From assembly GCA_027604505.1 (NCBI GenBank), contig JADIIX010000164.1, positions 1 to 42,844 of the forward strand: DNA of 42,844 nt, read 5' to 3'. The position numbers were made by a program, and so were the translations under genes. The notes under the pieces were generated by a model. It worked only from the letters and a program-made list of their open reading frames with translations. It was not told where the DNA came from and searched no databases. This DNA comes from Gonapodya sp. JEL0774 (taxonomy: Eukaryota). This document shows, piece by piece, positions 11,599 through 23,648 of this stretch (position 1 is the first letter of the stretch; each line of letters opens with the position of its first letter).

Positions 11599-12824
11599 AT
11601 GGCCGGCCATCAATACACTTACACAACTTTACGATGCAACTTTGACCGGGAGCATGTATTGAACGTTGAACTCAATCGACCACCGAATAAGATGAATTCC
11701 CTCAATCAAGCGTGAGTTGACCTTCCTCGCCTTCCCGGTTACTCATTCCGACCAATCCCTTCAGTTTCTGGACTGAGTTTCGCGATTGTTTCCTCGCCGT
11801 TTCGAACGATTCCCGAGTTCGGGTCGTGGTCCTTTCGTCTTCCAATCCGCGTGCTTTCACAGCCGGTTTGGATTTGAAGGACACGCCTGCCAACTTTGGG
11901 GCTTCCACAACATCAGATCCGGGGAGAAAAATGATACGAAGTCGAAAATTCTTAAAAGTGAGTTGAGATGGTTGGTGTCGGAGCCAGATTGAGATTTGAG
12001 CTCCGATCTGTCGCCAGACTTGGCAATCGACATTCAACGCAGTGGAGCATTGCGGTAAACCCGTCATTGCGGTAGTGAATGGTGTTTGCATCGGAGGGGG
12101 GTTGCACATAATAAGTGCTTGCGACGTACGATATGCAAGCAAAGACGCGGTGTTTTCTCTGCGCGTGAGTCCCACATTAGCTCCCGAGTTTCCGTTCTAG
12201 CACCGAATCAAGTTCCTCTGCGCACAAGGAAACAGCTCTTGGGATGATTCCCGACCTTGGCTCACTCCAACGACTCACAAAAGCAATTGGGAACGACTCC
12301 ATTCTTCGTGAGTTTGCGTTTACCGGTGGGAATTTCTCCGCCTCGGAAGCGAAGGAGCTTGGTATGGTCGGCCGCGTGTTTGAAACTCGGGAGGAAATGT
12401 TGGGTGAGTTCGACAAACATATGGACACCAAGAAACATGGGAACTCATATTGGATACCAACGTTTCTCAGAGCACGCTGTGAAAGTAGCAACAACCATCG
12501 CTGAAAACTCTCCAACAAGCACATCCGCAGTGAAGGAAGTGTTGAATTATTCTCGAGATCACTCGGTGTGTTTGCTCCTGATCCACTGGATAATGCGGAT
12601 CAATGACTGGAGCTTGACGTCCATCAGGTTGCGGACTCTCTCAATTTCGTGGGCGTATATGCATCTTCTCATGGATCTGACGCCGTGAGTCGCGCCACTG
12701 TCGCGCTTTGTCGTCGCTCAGTTCCAAGAAAGTCGCTGACCATCATAGTTGACACCTTCAGGATCGCCTTGAAGCGTTTTCAGCGTTCGCGCAGAGGCGA
12801 AAGGGGGTCTTCAGTAGCCTGTGA
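11599..12824 (+). CDS. ECH1: Delta(3,5)-Delta(2,4)-dienoyl-CoA isomerase (crotonase family), probably peroxisomal, multi-exon
   Basis: Spliced peptide: VELNRPPNKMNSLN, FTAGLDL, KPVIAVVNGVCIGGG, ACDVRYASKDAVFSLRETALGMIPDLGSLQRLTKAIGNDS, LNYSRDHSV. C-terminus RKGVFSSL*. Confidence 0.9.
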
Positions 12825-13172
12825 GAACCATTTCTCTTCGGTCATTAATTCTATCTGCATATCAGCTGTTAGCCAGCAGAGACACGTGAATATGATTATC
12901 GAGGTTTTCCCGAAATGTCCTGACAAGGCAGCCAGCGGATGCCGTTCCTCGATTGCCATTTCTCGCATCATGTCTCCCCCAGAGTACCGAAAACATTTAT
13001 AATCGTTTTGTCCGTCTTTTCTTGATGGATACCTCAGGAAATCGCCGGTGACCTCTGTTTCTCGTGTGTTTCTTCTGGAAAAGGGTTGTGAAGAGAAATA
13101 GGACACTCCCGATGAAGTCCTTCGTCCTAAAATTTACTCGTTATAAGGCCCGAGGCATCATACCGAAAATCA

Positions 13173-16100
13173 ATGCCTTCCACACTTTCCAAGGTAGATC
13201 GCACAGCGCCTTCTTCGGATGCAACTCAAAAGCCCGTCGGGGAGCTCGTTGTAGCCCTCCTTCGTGGAATTCACCTTGCTACGGCCGGTGAGGCAGTATC
13301 CCTGGCCCGAAAGTGCAAGCTCGACGACCAATTGTGCTATGAAATCATAGCTGGTGCTGCAGGAGGGAGCTGGTGAGTGTATGATGATTTGGATTGGTCT
13401 CAGGCGATTTTCGGAGCTGGATGGAAGTGCTCGATTTTACTTGTCTGCAGGATGTACAGTACTTTTGCTCCTGGGATGATTTCGGGGCAGGGTTCTAGTG
13501 ACAAGCGAACGATCCGGGACATTTTGTCTGATATGGTGGGTTTTTTGTCAAGTTTGTTTTTGTCCTCTTTATCTTTGGTTTCTGTTTGGGGAACATGACA
13601 TCATTGTTCTCTACATAGGACGACGTTCTCTCAGAAGCAAAGCGACGATCCTTCCCGCTCTTCCTTGGGAGCACAGCTCACCAGATAATCTTAAATGGTG
13701 CGATGGTCGAAAGCCTGCAATCGAAAATTATTTTCCTCTGATTTCGCTTCGATTCAAGCCACCACTGCGTGCGAGAACCCTGAAACCGAATCAGCATGCT
13801 CCATAGTCAAAGCATGGGGTCTCTCCGATGCCGAAACTGTTTTAACATCTCCCGCTCATGCCAATGGAATGCACTCCACAGTAGCTAAGACAACCGCGAC
13901 TTTACCCCGAATCGGCTTCGCCGGGCTTGGCGCCATGGGGTTGGGCATGGCCACGACTCTCGTCAAGAAAGGATACCACGTCGTGGGATTTGACGTATGG
14001 AAGCCCTCGCAGGAAAAATTTGTTGCTGCGGGAGGACAAGGGGTTTCAATGCCTAAGGAAGCTGCCGCAGGCGCCGAAGTTTTTGTGGTGATGGTAACGA
14101 ATGCCAAGCAAGTTGACTCGGTTCTATTTGGAGAGAATGGCGCCATTGACGGTGAGCTTTGTCCTCACTCACAAATATCCGGGTTCCGGCGTAACCGTTG
14201 TGTGCACCCCAGCCCTCCCGGAAAATGCAACCATCGTCGTATGCTCCACAGTCCCAGCCGAGTACATTCGATCTTTGGATACCAGAATCACCGCCGTTGG
14301 CAAGGGACTAAAGCTCGTGGATGCTCCAGTGTCTGGTGGAATCGGACGAGCCGCAGATGGGACCCTCACAGTAATTTTCTATCAATCGCGTTTCAAACCT
14401 TCCTTCAAGGTTCTGAGTATCTGTTTTTACATCCGTCCTAGATCATGGCCGCGGGTTCAAAGGCTGCCTTGTCTTCTGGTGACTCGGTCTTAAAGGCATT
14501 ATCTGAGAGACTCTACATCATTCCAGGCCCTTGCGGAGCCGGTTCAAGTGTTAAAATGATCAACCAGCTTCTTGCTGGTGTTCACATTGTGGCCGCTGCC
14601 GAAGCAATTGCGTTTGCAGCGAAGCTTGGTCTGAACACACGTGCGACATATGATGCCATCATGAAATCTGAGGGCGCATCGTGGATGTTTGGTCACCGAG
14701 TTCCGCATATCTTGGAGGCTGACTGGACACCGACATCGGCGCTTGACATTTTCGTCAAAGACTTGGGCATCGTGTTGGGGGAGGCAAGGATTGCTCAATG
14801 CCCCACCTTTATGTCCGCTGTGGCGCACAATCTGTATATAATGGGTGAGTTCTATTGCCGGGTGACTAGCTGTTGGGGACTGTTTTAGATGGAAGTCCAG
14901 CAACTAATCGGGGCTTCGGCTCTTAGGTTCTGCCGCCGGCTTAGGTCGCGAAGATGACTCGGGCGTCGTTCGCGTTTGGGAACGAATGACTGGGGTTTCC
15001 ACTGCATCTCCACAGCCATCGCCGTCCGTTTCAGATCCCCCGAAAGCGGTAGTTGCGGCAGCTGCACCCTTTTCTTACAGCCCCAGTGTTCCCTTCACCA
15101 AAGTCAGTTCGGTTCCTCTGACCGATGTCCTCGCAAAACTACCCGCCGAGTACCCCGTGGACCCAACTCCAGAAATTCAAGCTCTTGTCGCTAAAGGATC
15201 ACTTCCTACTCTGGTCGTATTGGATGACGAGTGAGTCTCTTCGTACCACAATTGTAACTGGTCACTCCAACTGACTAAACACTATCTATAAAAGCCCGAC
15301 CGGTACGCAGACCTGCCATGATATCAATGTTTTGACTTCTTGGAACACGGATGAGCTCAAGGAGGAACTTGACACTGAGACGGCCGGTGGATTTTTTGTA
15401 CTCACAAACTCGCGGGCGATGCTCACAGACGAGGTGAAACGCCGGCCATCGAGAGCAAGCTCTCTTTTGTTGTGCAATTTTGGTGTTATTTATTGACCAC
15501 TTTGTCACATCCTCGCACCCCGCTCTTACAATAAGGCTTACAACTTGACTCGAGAAATCGGCCAGAACCTACTCGCTGCGTCTGAAAAGTCTGCAAAACG
15601 CTCACGAGGGGTCTCCATCGTATTAAGATCCGATTCCACTCTGCGCGGTCACGTGAGTAGCGACTCTCTTGATTCTAATATTGAGGCGGGTCTGCTTTGC
15701 CAATTCGAATATCAAAATCACGCTCACTGCCGCTCCGTCACCTATTTTCAGTTCCCCACAGAACCCGACGCCGTCGAATCCATTTTGGGTAAAGCCGATG
15801 CCTGGATCGTGTGCCCTTTCTTCCTCGCTGGACTTCGCTACACAATCGATAATATCCACTATGTCGGCAACGACCAAGGCCTTCTGATCCCCGCCGGCGA
15901 AACTGAGTTTGCTCGCGATCGCACTTTTGGTTACCAAGCCAGTGATCTCCGAGAGTGGGTCGAAGAGAAGACTTCTGGGCGGGTGTCTCGTGACAGTGTG
16001 GTCCCCGTCTCAATCACGGACGTCCGCAAAGGCGGTCCCTCACGCGTAAAGGACATTCTCATGGGTGTACCGAAGGGAGGAGTGGTGGTAGTGAATGCCG

Positions 16101-16997
16101 CAAGCGATAGGGACATGTCCGTTTTTGCACTGGGTTTGCTGCAGGCGGAGCAAGAAGGGCGGCGTTTCATTTTGAGAACCGCGGCGTCATTTGTGTCTGC
16201 GAGGCTGGGAATACGGTCGAAACCCCCGTTAACCATGAAGGATTTGGGTGTCAAGGCCGAGGACGCGAGAAACGGAGGACTGATTGTCGTCGGATCGTAA
16301 GTAGAACTGATCATCCGACGATTATTGCAGGCGTCGACCGGTGCTCACTCTGTGCGTGCACTTCCATCCCAACAGTTACGTTCCGAAGACTACCCAGCAA
16401 GTTCAGTCTCTCCTAGACCGCCGAGGCTCCCTCCTCCACGTTGAAACCGTGTCTATTTCCACAATATCCCAATCTTCCGACGATGAGATTGCAGCCTATG
16501 TCTCGGCCACCGCCTCTCGCTCCGCTGCTGCCATCGCCTCTGGTAAGGATGCATTGATTTTGACGGCTAGGGAACTGGTGACGGGCGCAACAGCTGAAGA
16601 AAGCCTGAGAATAAACGTGAAAGTGTCTCTGGGAATGGTGGCAATCGCGAGAGCGGTGCTGGAGAAGGTGCGGCCCCGTTACGTAATTGCAAAGGTTAGT
16701 TGGACCGTTCGGGGATTCTGTAGTAGGTGCGCATCAACACAGTGCATTTTACTCACAAACTTGTTTGCCACCCACACTTGATCTATCCAGGGCGGCATCA
16801 CCTCCTCAGACACAGCCACCAAGTCTTTGGGTATGCGTCGTGCGCGCGTTGCCGGGCAAGCAGCTCCAGGGGTGCCTCTGTGGGTTTCAGAAGATCCACG
16901 GACAGTGAGACCTGGTGTGCCCTATGTGGTGTTTCCTGGAAATGTTGGGACCAAAGATACACTGGCGGCGATCGTAGAGAGGTGGGCGACCGTGTAA
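13173..16997 (+). CDS. Fusion of a HIBADH/6PGD-like hydroxyacid dehydrogenase (LtnD-like) and a four-carbon acid sugar kinase (DUF1537/OtnK-like), multi-exon
   Basis: Rossmann RIGFAGLGAMGLGMA, DAPVSGG and catalytic GAGSSVKMINQLLAGVH. Kinase motifs LVVLDDDPTGTQTCHD, LRSDSTLRGH, GGLIVVGSYVPKTT, IAKGGITSSD and YVVFPGNVG. Stop TAA at 16995-16997. Confidence 0.92.
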
Positions 16998-17209
16998 AAG
17001 GAGCAAATAGATGCATAGATATTACGGGTTATGTACTATGCTGGTGAACCCAAATTTTGGATGTCCTTGACTTTGTTGTCGTTGGCGGGCAAGTCCGCCG
17101 CCCAGTTTCATATATAAATGAATGATGACATTGCCTTTGAATTGATTCAATTATCCACTGGAGCCTTTGAAACGTCAGAAATAACGCGGACTAAAACACT
17201 CTTGGAGAG

Positions 17210-19734
17210 ATGAGTGACTGGCGAACGCCGCCGGTAACGGATCTGGGCTACTCGCTGGATGAGGCGAGCTCCACTGCTACACGGATCCTCCAGACATTGA
17301 ATGCCAATGAAAGAACCACAGAGCGGAGTAGAGACGGTGGACATCAGTCGCCGCTGCGTCCCCCCCCACCTTCGCTTGCCATCTTTCATGGGGCGACCTC
17401 TTCACCAACAGATTCAAGTCTCCAAGGCCAGTCGCCACCTACACCACTGCCTCCTTCATCCCCACCACCTTCGCCACCGATTGCATCACAACCGGCTTCG
17501 CCACGCATTCCCCCCGCACGGATTCACCCCCCCTATCCGGCTTGGGTCAACCCGTTTGAGATTATTCTCCACGCCCTCGGGGGTGCCGTGCGAACAGCAC
17601 TACTTGCATATGCTACACGTGGCTCTATTTCAACTCTTTCCGCCATCCTTTCAATTCTTCGTGTGCGACGTTGGGACCATAATCGTTTAGTACTAGCTTT
17701 TTTTGGACCAGAATCACGGTCACTCGCGGAGGCAGCTGCGGGATTTTCGTTCACATGGAAGTTAACTTTTAATTTAATGAGTTGGTGGCGAGGCAAAGTA
17801 GACGGAGTGAACGCGGGTGTAGCTGGTGAGCAATGTGTTCAGAAATTGCGCCCTCCCAAGAATCTCAAACCAGTCGTTATTCAAGGAGCTCTTGCGGGTT
17901 TATGGATACTTCAAGAGCACCCGGACCGGCGACGCGTTCTCCTAGAACAAGTTGGTGTCAGAGCTGCACAGGTCCTTTATAACTGGGCTGGATCTTCGTT
18001 TGGTTTCAATGTACCGTATGGATGTAAGTTGTTTGCTCTGAAGCATGAATGAATAAGGGTTCATAGCCCTTGTCTCAGTGTTGACTGCTGCACACGCTCA
18101 GCGTCCAATATGTTCACCAGTTTTCAATCTGTCCACCCTCCACAGCGGCCCTCCTATTCATTCTTTGTACAGGTCCACTCACCTACAGCCTTGCGATGCG
18201 CCCTGAGACCTTACCATCAACCTATACCTCGTCCCTCATTGACCTGGTTGGACTCTCCCCGGAAATTCTCGACGCCAACATCCGAAATGTCAGAGCTCTT
18301 GAAGTTGTGCCAGGAGGATGGGATGAACACCCATGGGAATCGGCAAGGGGTGACGGTGGACTCGGGAGGCTGAGTAAGAGGGCAAGGGTAGCGGGCAGAG
18401 TCACTGCGGGCTTGAGTGAGTTTCACGTGTACCTGGGGGCGGGGGGCGGGGACGTCTCAGGCTCCCGCAAGTACACGCTCCGGCGGACTTTGTTCAGAAG
18501 CAAAAGATGGGGCACATAGATTTTTGCCAAACCTCCGTTTTGTTTCTGTGTTAAATCTGTTCTATTGGAGATTCATCTTGCACCTAATCTCCACCTCTCT
18601 CAAAGTTGCGCCCCCCACATCCTCCATTCCTGCACTCATCTCTTCGCGGCTGGCCTCATTCTCTCTACCCGATGCCACCTTCACCATCCTGGAACGCCTG
18701 GCACACACAGAGCTTCTCGCCTACGTCACCGAAAAAGGACTTGGCATTGCAACTCGCTCGCCTAACTCTTTTGAACCCGCGACAACAGAGTTACCTAGTT
18801 TGGGAGTCCCGAATGTGGATGCTGGGGAGCGTCCCGAGGCAACTGCGGAAGTACCTTTGAGTCCAGACGCAGAAAAAGCACGAATTGGTCACCTCCACCA
18901 TGCATCCCCGCTCCGCACGGTGCCTGTGCCAGATTTGCTATGTACACTCGCACACCCTCACTTTCCCTTTGCTTCCTTTCGACATGCACCGTTGGTGCCT
19001 TTACCCCGCTTCCCATCTCCCACTACTTTCCTCGAGTATTTCACCCTACGTCATCCTCACCTCTCGTTCTCCCTCTCTACTGCTTTTCGTGCAGTATCGC
19101 AAATTTTACCTCTCCACCTGGGGTTGAACATTCTTCCGCTCCTTTTGCTCCGTCTCCCCAAGCTCCGCCACGCGCCTGCTGCAGAACTCACCAAAGCTGT
19201 GCTGGCTGCGGCCAGAAGCGCAGGATTCATGGGGTGTCTGGTTATGGCGTATGTTTACTTGAACTGTGGTGTTGCTGGTGGACTCGTGAGGAGGGGTTGG
19301 TGGAGAAAAGCGCACAAGTGGCAATTCTTGGTGGTGAGTGAATATGTATACAGGGGAGGGTTGTTCAGGGGCAGCTCGAACGTGCTGTTGCATCTAATTC
19401 CTTGTTCAGTCGGGCTACATCGCTGCTCTTACCATCTTTTTTGAGAGCCCGAGCCGCCGCCGCGAGCTAGCATCCTATGTCCTTCCACTCACCCTCGAGT
19501 GCACGTATGTTCTCCTGAGGAGTGACTGTTGGCAAATCGAGTTACAAACCCCACTTCCTCTCACACAGCTACAAAATACTTATGTCTCGTGGCGTCGCGG
19601 GTCGAATCCCTCACTGGCGCGCGCTCGTATTCTCGGCTTCGTGTGCAGTTCTAATGGCAACATATGTCCAGGCGCCCTCACAGATGGGGTCTTTGGCATA
19701 TGCCGTGGTAAGGAGAGGGATAGGGACGTATTAA
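17210..19734 (+). CDS. TMEM135: Transmembrane protein 135 (TMEM135)-like membrane protein, multi-exon
   Basis: Two related hydrophobic halves: NAGVAGALAGLWIL..HPDRRRVL..QVGVRA and IAALTIFFESPSRRRELASYVLP. Also MRPETLPSTY, AARSAGFMG and LVFSASCAVLMATY, as seen in this family. Confidence 0.8.
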
Positions 19735-20172
19735 TATGTATCGGAGGTGGTGTTAACTGAGAAATGTAAGGTGACATGAATGCCGGGCACCCATCTTCGA
19801 GTTTGTCACTGGGCCCAATCGTCTGCACCCATCACGCTGCGTCCCCAACTCACACTGTACCCACAAACCATCTCTAGCCCCAAATTTTATTATCAGAGAC
19901 ACCACGAGAACTGGAATCCAGCACCATTTCCTGCAAGTTCCATTGAGGAAGTCTGTGCCTTTTTTTGGAATTCAGCGTTGACAGGGACTTTTCGGGAACC
20001 AGGCGGAGGGAACTACAGAACGGAGTCTGATGAAAAGCAAAGCGCCTGCCTAGTATTATTTAGTAGATAGCGTGGAAGCGTGAGGTGAGAAGTGGTCAAG
20101 CTCCGAAAATCAAAGATCCTTCTCAAAGATTTCTACATACTACCGACATTCTATCGGGCAGCGTGCCAGTAT

Positions 20173-20205
20173 GGGGGGGGGGGGGGGGGGGGGGGNNNNN
20201 NNNNN
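20173..20205. other. Poly-G run followed by a scaffold gap (10 N)
   Basis: G run 20173-20195, N 20196-20205. Confidence 0.97.
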
Positions 20206-23200
20206 CACCCCCCTCCCCGCTGACCTCTGCATCTCCAAAGTTGAATGACGGCAGTGACGATGTTCCTGACAGAGGCCCTGCCTCCGTGGACCAGCCAGTG
20301 CAGGAACATACATCCATGGATCGCGAAGAGCACAATTCTGGTGGTGGTGAACTAGACCAAAGTCTGAAAAAGAGTGATAGGAAGTCTCAGTCGGCGAGAA
20401 ATTCACGGAGACGGTCGAAATCTCGATCTCGGTCCAAGTCTCGAAGTGAACGGAGAAGTACAAGGCACGGTGAACGAGACCGCGACAGGGACAAGGACAA
20501 GGACAGGGAGCGTGTAAAGAGAGACAGGGACCGCCGGCGAGAAAGAGATGGGGATAAGCAACGCTCGTCAACGGACAAGGACAAAGAAAACGACCGTCGG
20601 GAAAGGTCGAAGGATAGAGAACGGGGTACAGATCGTCGGGAGGCGCGAGACAGAGACCGGGATCGGGACCGAAAGCACCGTGATGGGGAGCACGTGGAAG
20701 AGGAAGCAGAAGCGGCAGTGGGCGGGAGCGAAGGCAACGTGGAGGCTGCTGTCGAATCTGGAACCCCCACCGGTTCTGAGGAGGACAAGGTTGGGGAGGT
20801 TGAGGTGATTCCTTTCCAAAAATCTGAAACGAAGCTGCCATCGACAGAACCGACTCGTGAACGTGAAACAGATCGAAATCGAACGCGACGGCGTGACAGG
20901 TCGAAGGAGAGGGACAAAGAGCGGGACCGGGATAGTCGAAGGCATCGCTCTTCCCATCGGGATTACTCCAAAGAACGAGAGTCATCCCGCCCCGATCGCA
21001 TCAAGGACCGGGACTCCCCCCGGGGTGATGGTTCAAAGGATACCTCACGCCGGGAGCGGTCGAAGGACCGCGAGTCCTCTCGCCGGGAGCGGTCAAAGGA
21101 CCGTGAGCCCTCTCGCCGAGACCGTGATGGCGACGGGTCTAAAGACAAGGATCGCGAGCGCCGTCGTCCTCATCGAACCCGAGATCATAATCGGGATCGG
21201 TCTGATCGCAGGACTGCTCGAGATCGGGATGACGATTCCAATCGGGATCCCTCTCCAGGTATACGTGCAGCCGATGAACCAGATGTGGATGGGCGAAAGC
21301 GTGAACGTGTGCAGAACGGCTCTGCAGACGAAGACCGCAATCGGCATGACAGAATCGACAACCATACCAGCTCCCACCATCGTGTTTCAGCCGCGACTTC
21401 GAACGCCGAGTTTGCAAATTCACGCCCCCGATCTCCCACACAGCGGAAGCGGCGTCGTTCTCGCTCTCAGTCCCAATCTCGTAACAGAACTCCCACGCCT
21501 CCACCGCCACCCCGCTCCCGCTCCCCAACTTCAACTCCCCGTCCAGTGGCACCGGGTCCTGTTGTTGGGGGCTTTCCACGGGGATGGCAACCCCCACCCC
21601 CTTCGTGGCGGGCTCGTGGTCGGGGGTGGCGAGGTGGCTTCGATCCAGGATTTCGGGGCAGTTGGAGAGGTAGATGGGACGGGCGGCCACCAATTATACC
21701 GCCTGGAGGAAGAGGATACTGGAGAGGTCCTGTTGGATGGAGAGAAGATGAAGGGGGCCGAGATGGGAGGGTGAACTTTCCCGAGAGAGGTCGGGGCTGG
21801 GAAGAACCATGGTCAGGTGAACGGAGGGATGCTGAAGGCTATACTGAGAGCGACCAGGAGCGAGTAGAGATGCGAGAGAGGGACGGAGAGCGCATGGTCG
21901 TTAAGGAAAAGGACGTGTTGTCACAGGAATGGACGTCTTCTCAGGAAGGGAACAAAAGTCGCCACGTTAGCGGCCACGAAATGAAGGAAGACATTGGTCT
22001 CCGCCGCGTATCAAAGCTTGAGGCCCGTGAAGACCAAAATAGACCTCTCACTACTGACCCGGCTCGTGACCCCCCTAATGTCAATGCCCGGGCCAGCAGC
22101 GAACATAATGACGGTCCTTCAGTTTTACCTGCACTCTCTGATAAAGCTTTGGTACTTGACAGCGACCAGCGGGCATCTTCTACAACCACTCTCGAGGGAG
22201 CCCGACCGACGGCCAGTGCAGGAGATAAGATTCAAGCGCAAAATGGGACCGCAGCAATTGGTGGTGCTGGCATTGGTGACGTCGCGGTTCGTGGCCGTTG
22301 GACTCCACGAGGCAGAGGAGAATGGCGGGGAGGAACTTCTGGTGGATGGCGGGGTGGAGGGGGTGGTCGAGGTGGAGGCTTCGGCTACAGTGGAGATGGC
22401 GGACAATGGTCCGGTAATGGTCGCGATGGTGGTGGTGGCTATGGGGACTGGAGAGAGTGGGATGAATGGGACGATGGTAGTTGGGGAGCTGGCGGATGGG
22501 GAGGCGCTGCAGCAGTGAATCCGATGGTGGCGGGTATGGGTATGGGTGCAATGAGTGGAATGGGTGGAATGGGCGGTATGGGCGGGGGAATGGGTGTTAT
22601 GGGAGGCGTTGGTGGCATCGGCGGGATGGGCGGAATGGGTGGCATGGGTGGCATGGGGTATGGGGGTTTCGGTATGATGGGGTGGGGAAACGGCTGGGGA
22701 GGGATGGACATGAGCGGAATGAGTGGAATGAGTGGAATGAGTGGGATGAGTGGGATGAGTGGGATGAGTGGGATGAGTGGGATGAATTCTTTAGGTTCAA
22801 TGGGCGTCATGGGATACGGTAATGGATGGGGTGGAACGGGCGAAGGCTTCAATCAAACTCAGTGGGGTGCAGGTTGGCAGCAAGGTCGGGGACAGCAGCC
22901 GCAGGGGGGATCGAGCTACACTCGAAGAGGGCAAAGTAATGGTCAGATTCAAGGACCTCACGAGGAAAAAGTCGGCAACGGTGCTGACGAGAAACAGATA
23001 TTGATCACGGACAAGGATTCCACCGGTAACACTGTGCTCCCCGAAACACCGGCTGCCACTCAACCACCAAATTTGAACTCTGATGACCCTGAACCGTCGC
23101 GTGTAGCGGCACGGGAACGCGACCGAGCTCGACGGATCGAGGAATCCTCGGACCCCCACGAGAGGCGAAAATCTGATCTTCCCACTATAGCTGAAGTCAA

Positions 23201-23414
23201 ACCATCCTTGGCCGAACCAGACGATCACTCTCTAGCGGCTATTGACAACTCAGCAACCGAGTTAGAAGTGCCCGAAGTTGGCAAAGCTGATCGGGGAGTT
23301 TCAACGGGGGTTCCAGCGATGTTAAGCGTGTTGGAGAAGAAAAAGAGGAGCGAAAGTCGCATATTTGGGGATGAAGACATGGTGGACTATGAGGTCGGCG
23401 ACGACGTAATTTGA
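20206..23414 (+). CDS. Low-complexity RS/RD/RE-rich, RGG/GW-rich, GM-repeat protein (probable RNA-processing factor); 5' end probably lost in the gap
   Basis: More than 3.2 kb of uninterrupted frame with RSKSRSRS, RDRDRD, RGG/WRG and (SGM)n tracts. The ORF-track start at 20085 reads through Ns and is unreliable. Confidence 0.8.
22710..22784 (+). repeat. 9-bp coding minisatellite ATGAGYGGR x8 encoding (MSG)8
   Basis: Directly visible tandem repeat. Confidence 0.92.
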
Positions 23415-23648
23415 TTGTGATAGTCCCAAATTTTGCATTGAATCGTTACAGCCTGTCCCCACCCCATGAATCGTTACAATAGTTTCGATATTTTCTGTTA
23501 CAATAACTTGGAAGACGGATGGAACCAGTCTCTCAATCTAAGTTACAATTGAACGATTTGACGGTTTCGCATGCCCTGAGTCGTGTTCCATTTCTGCCCG
23601 AATTCTTTGACATCCTTATTTTAACTCTTATCTATGATGCTTTGGAGA

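Noticed and set aside
20085..20205. N-terminus of the 1109-aa ORF with a poly-Gly run
   Set aside because: It reads through poly-G and an N gap of arbitrary length, so the frame continuity is an artefact.
20140..23228. Long antisense ORFs (SLSLSR-, IPL-, SSH-rich)
   Set aside because: Shadows of the low-complexity + strand coding sequence.
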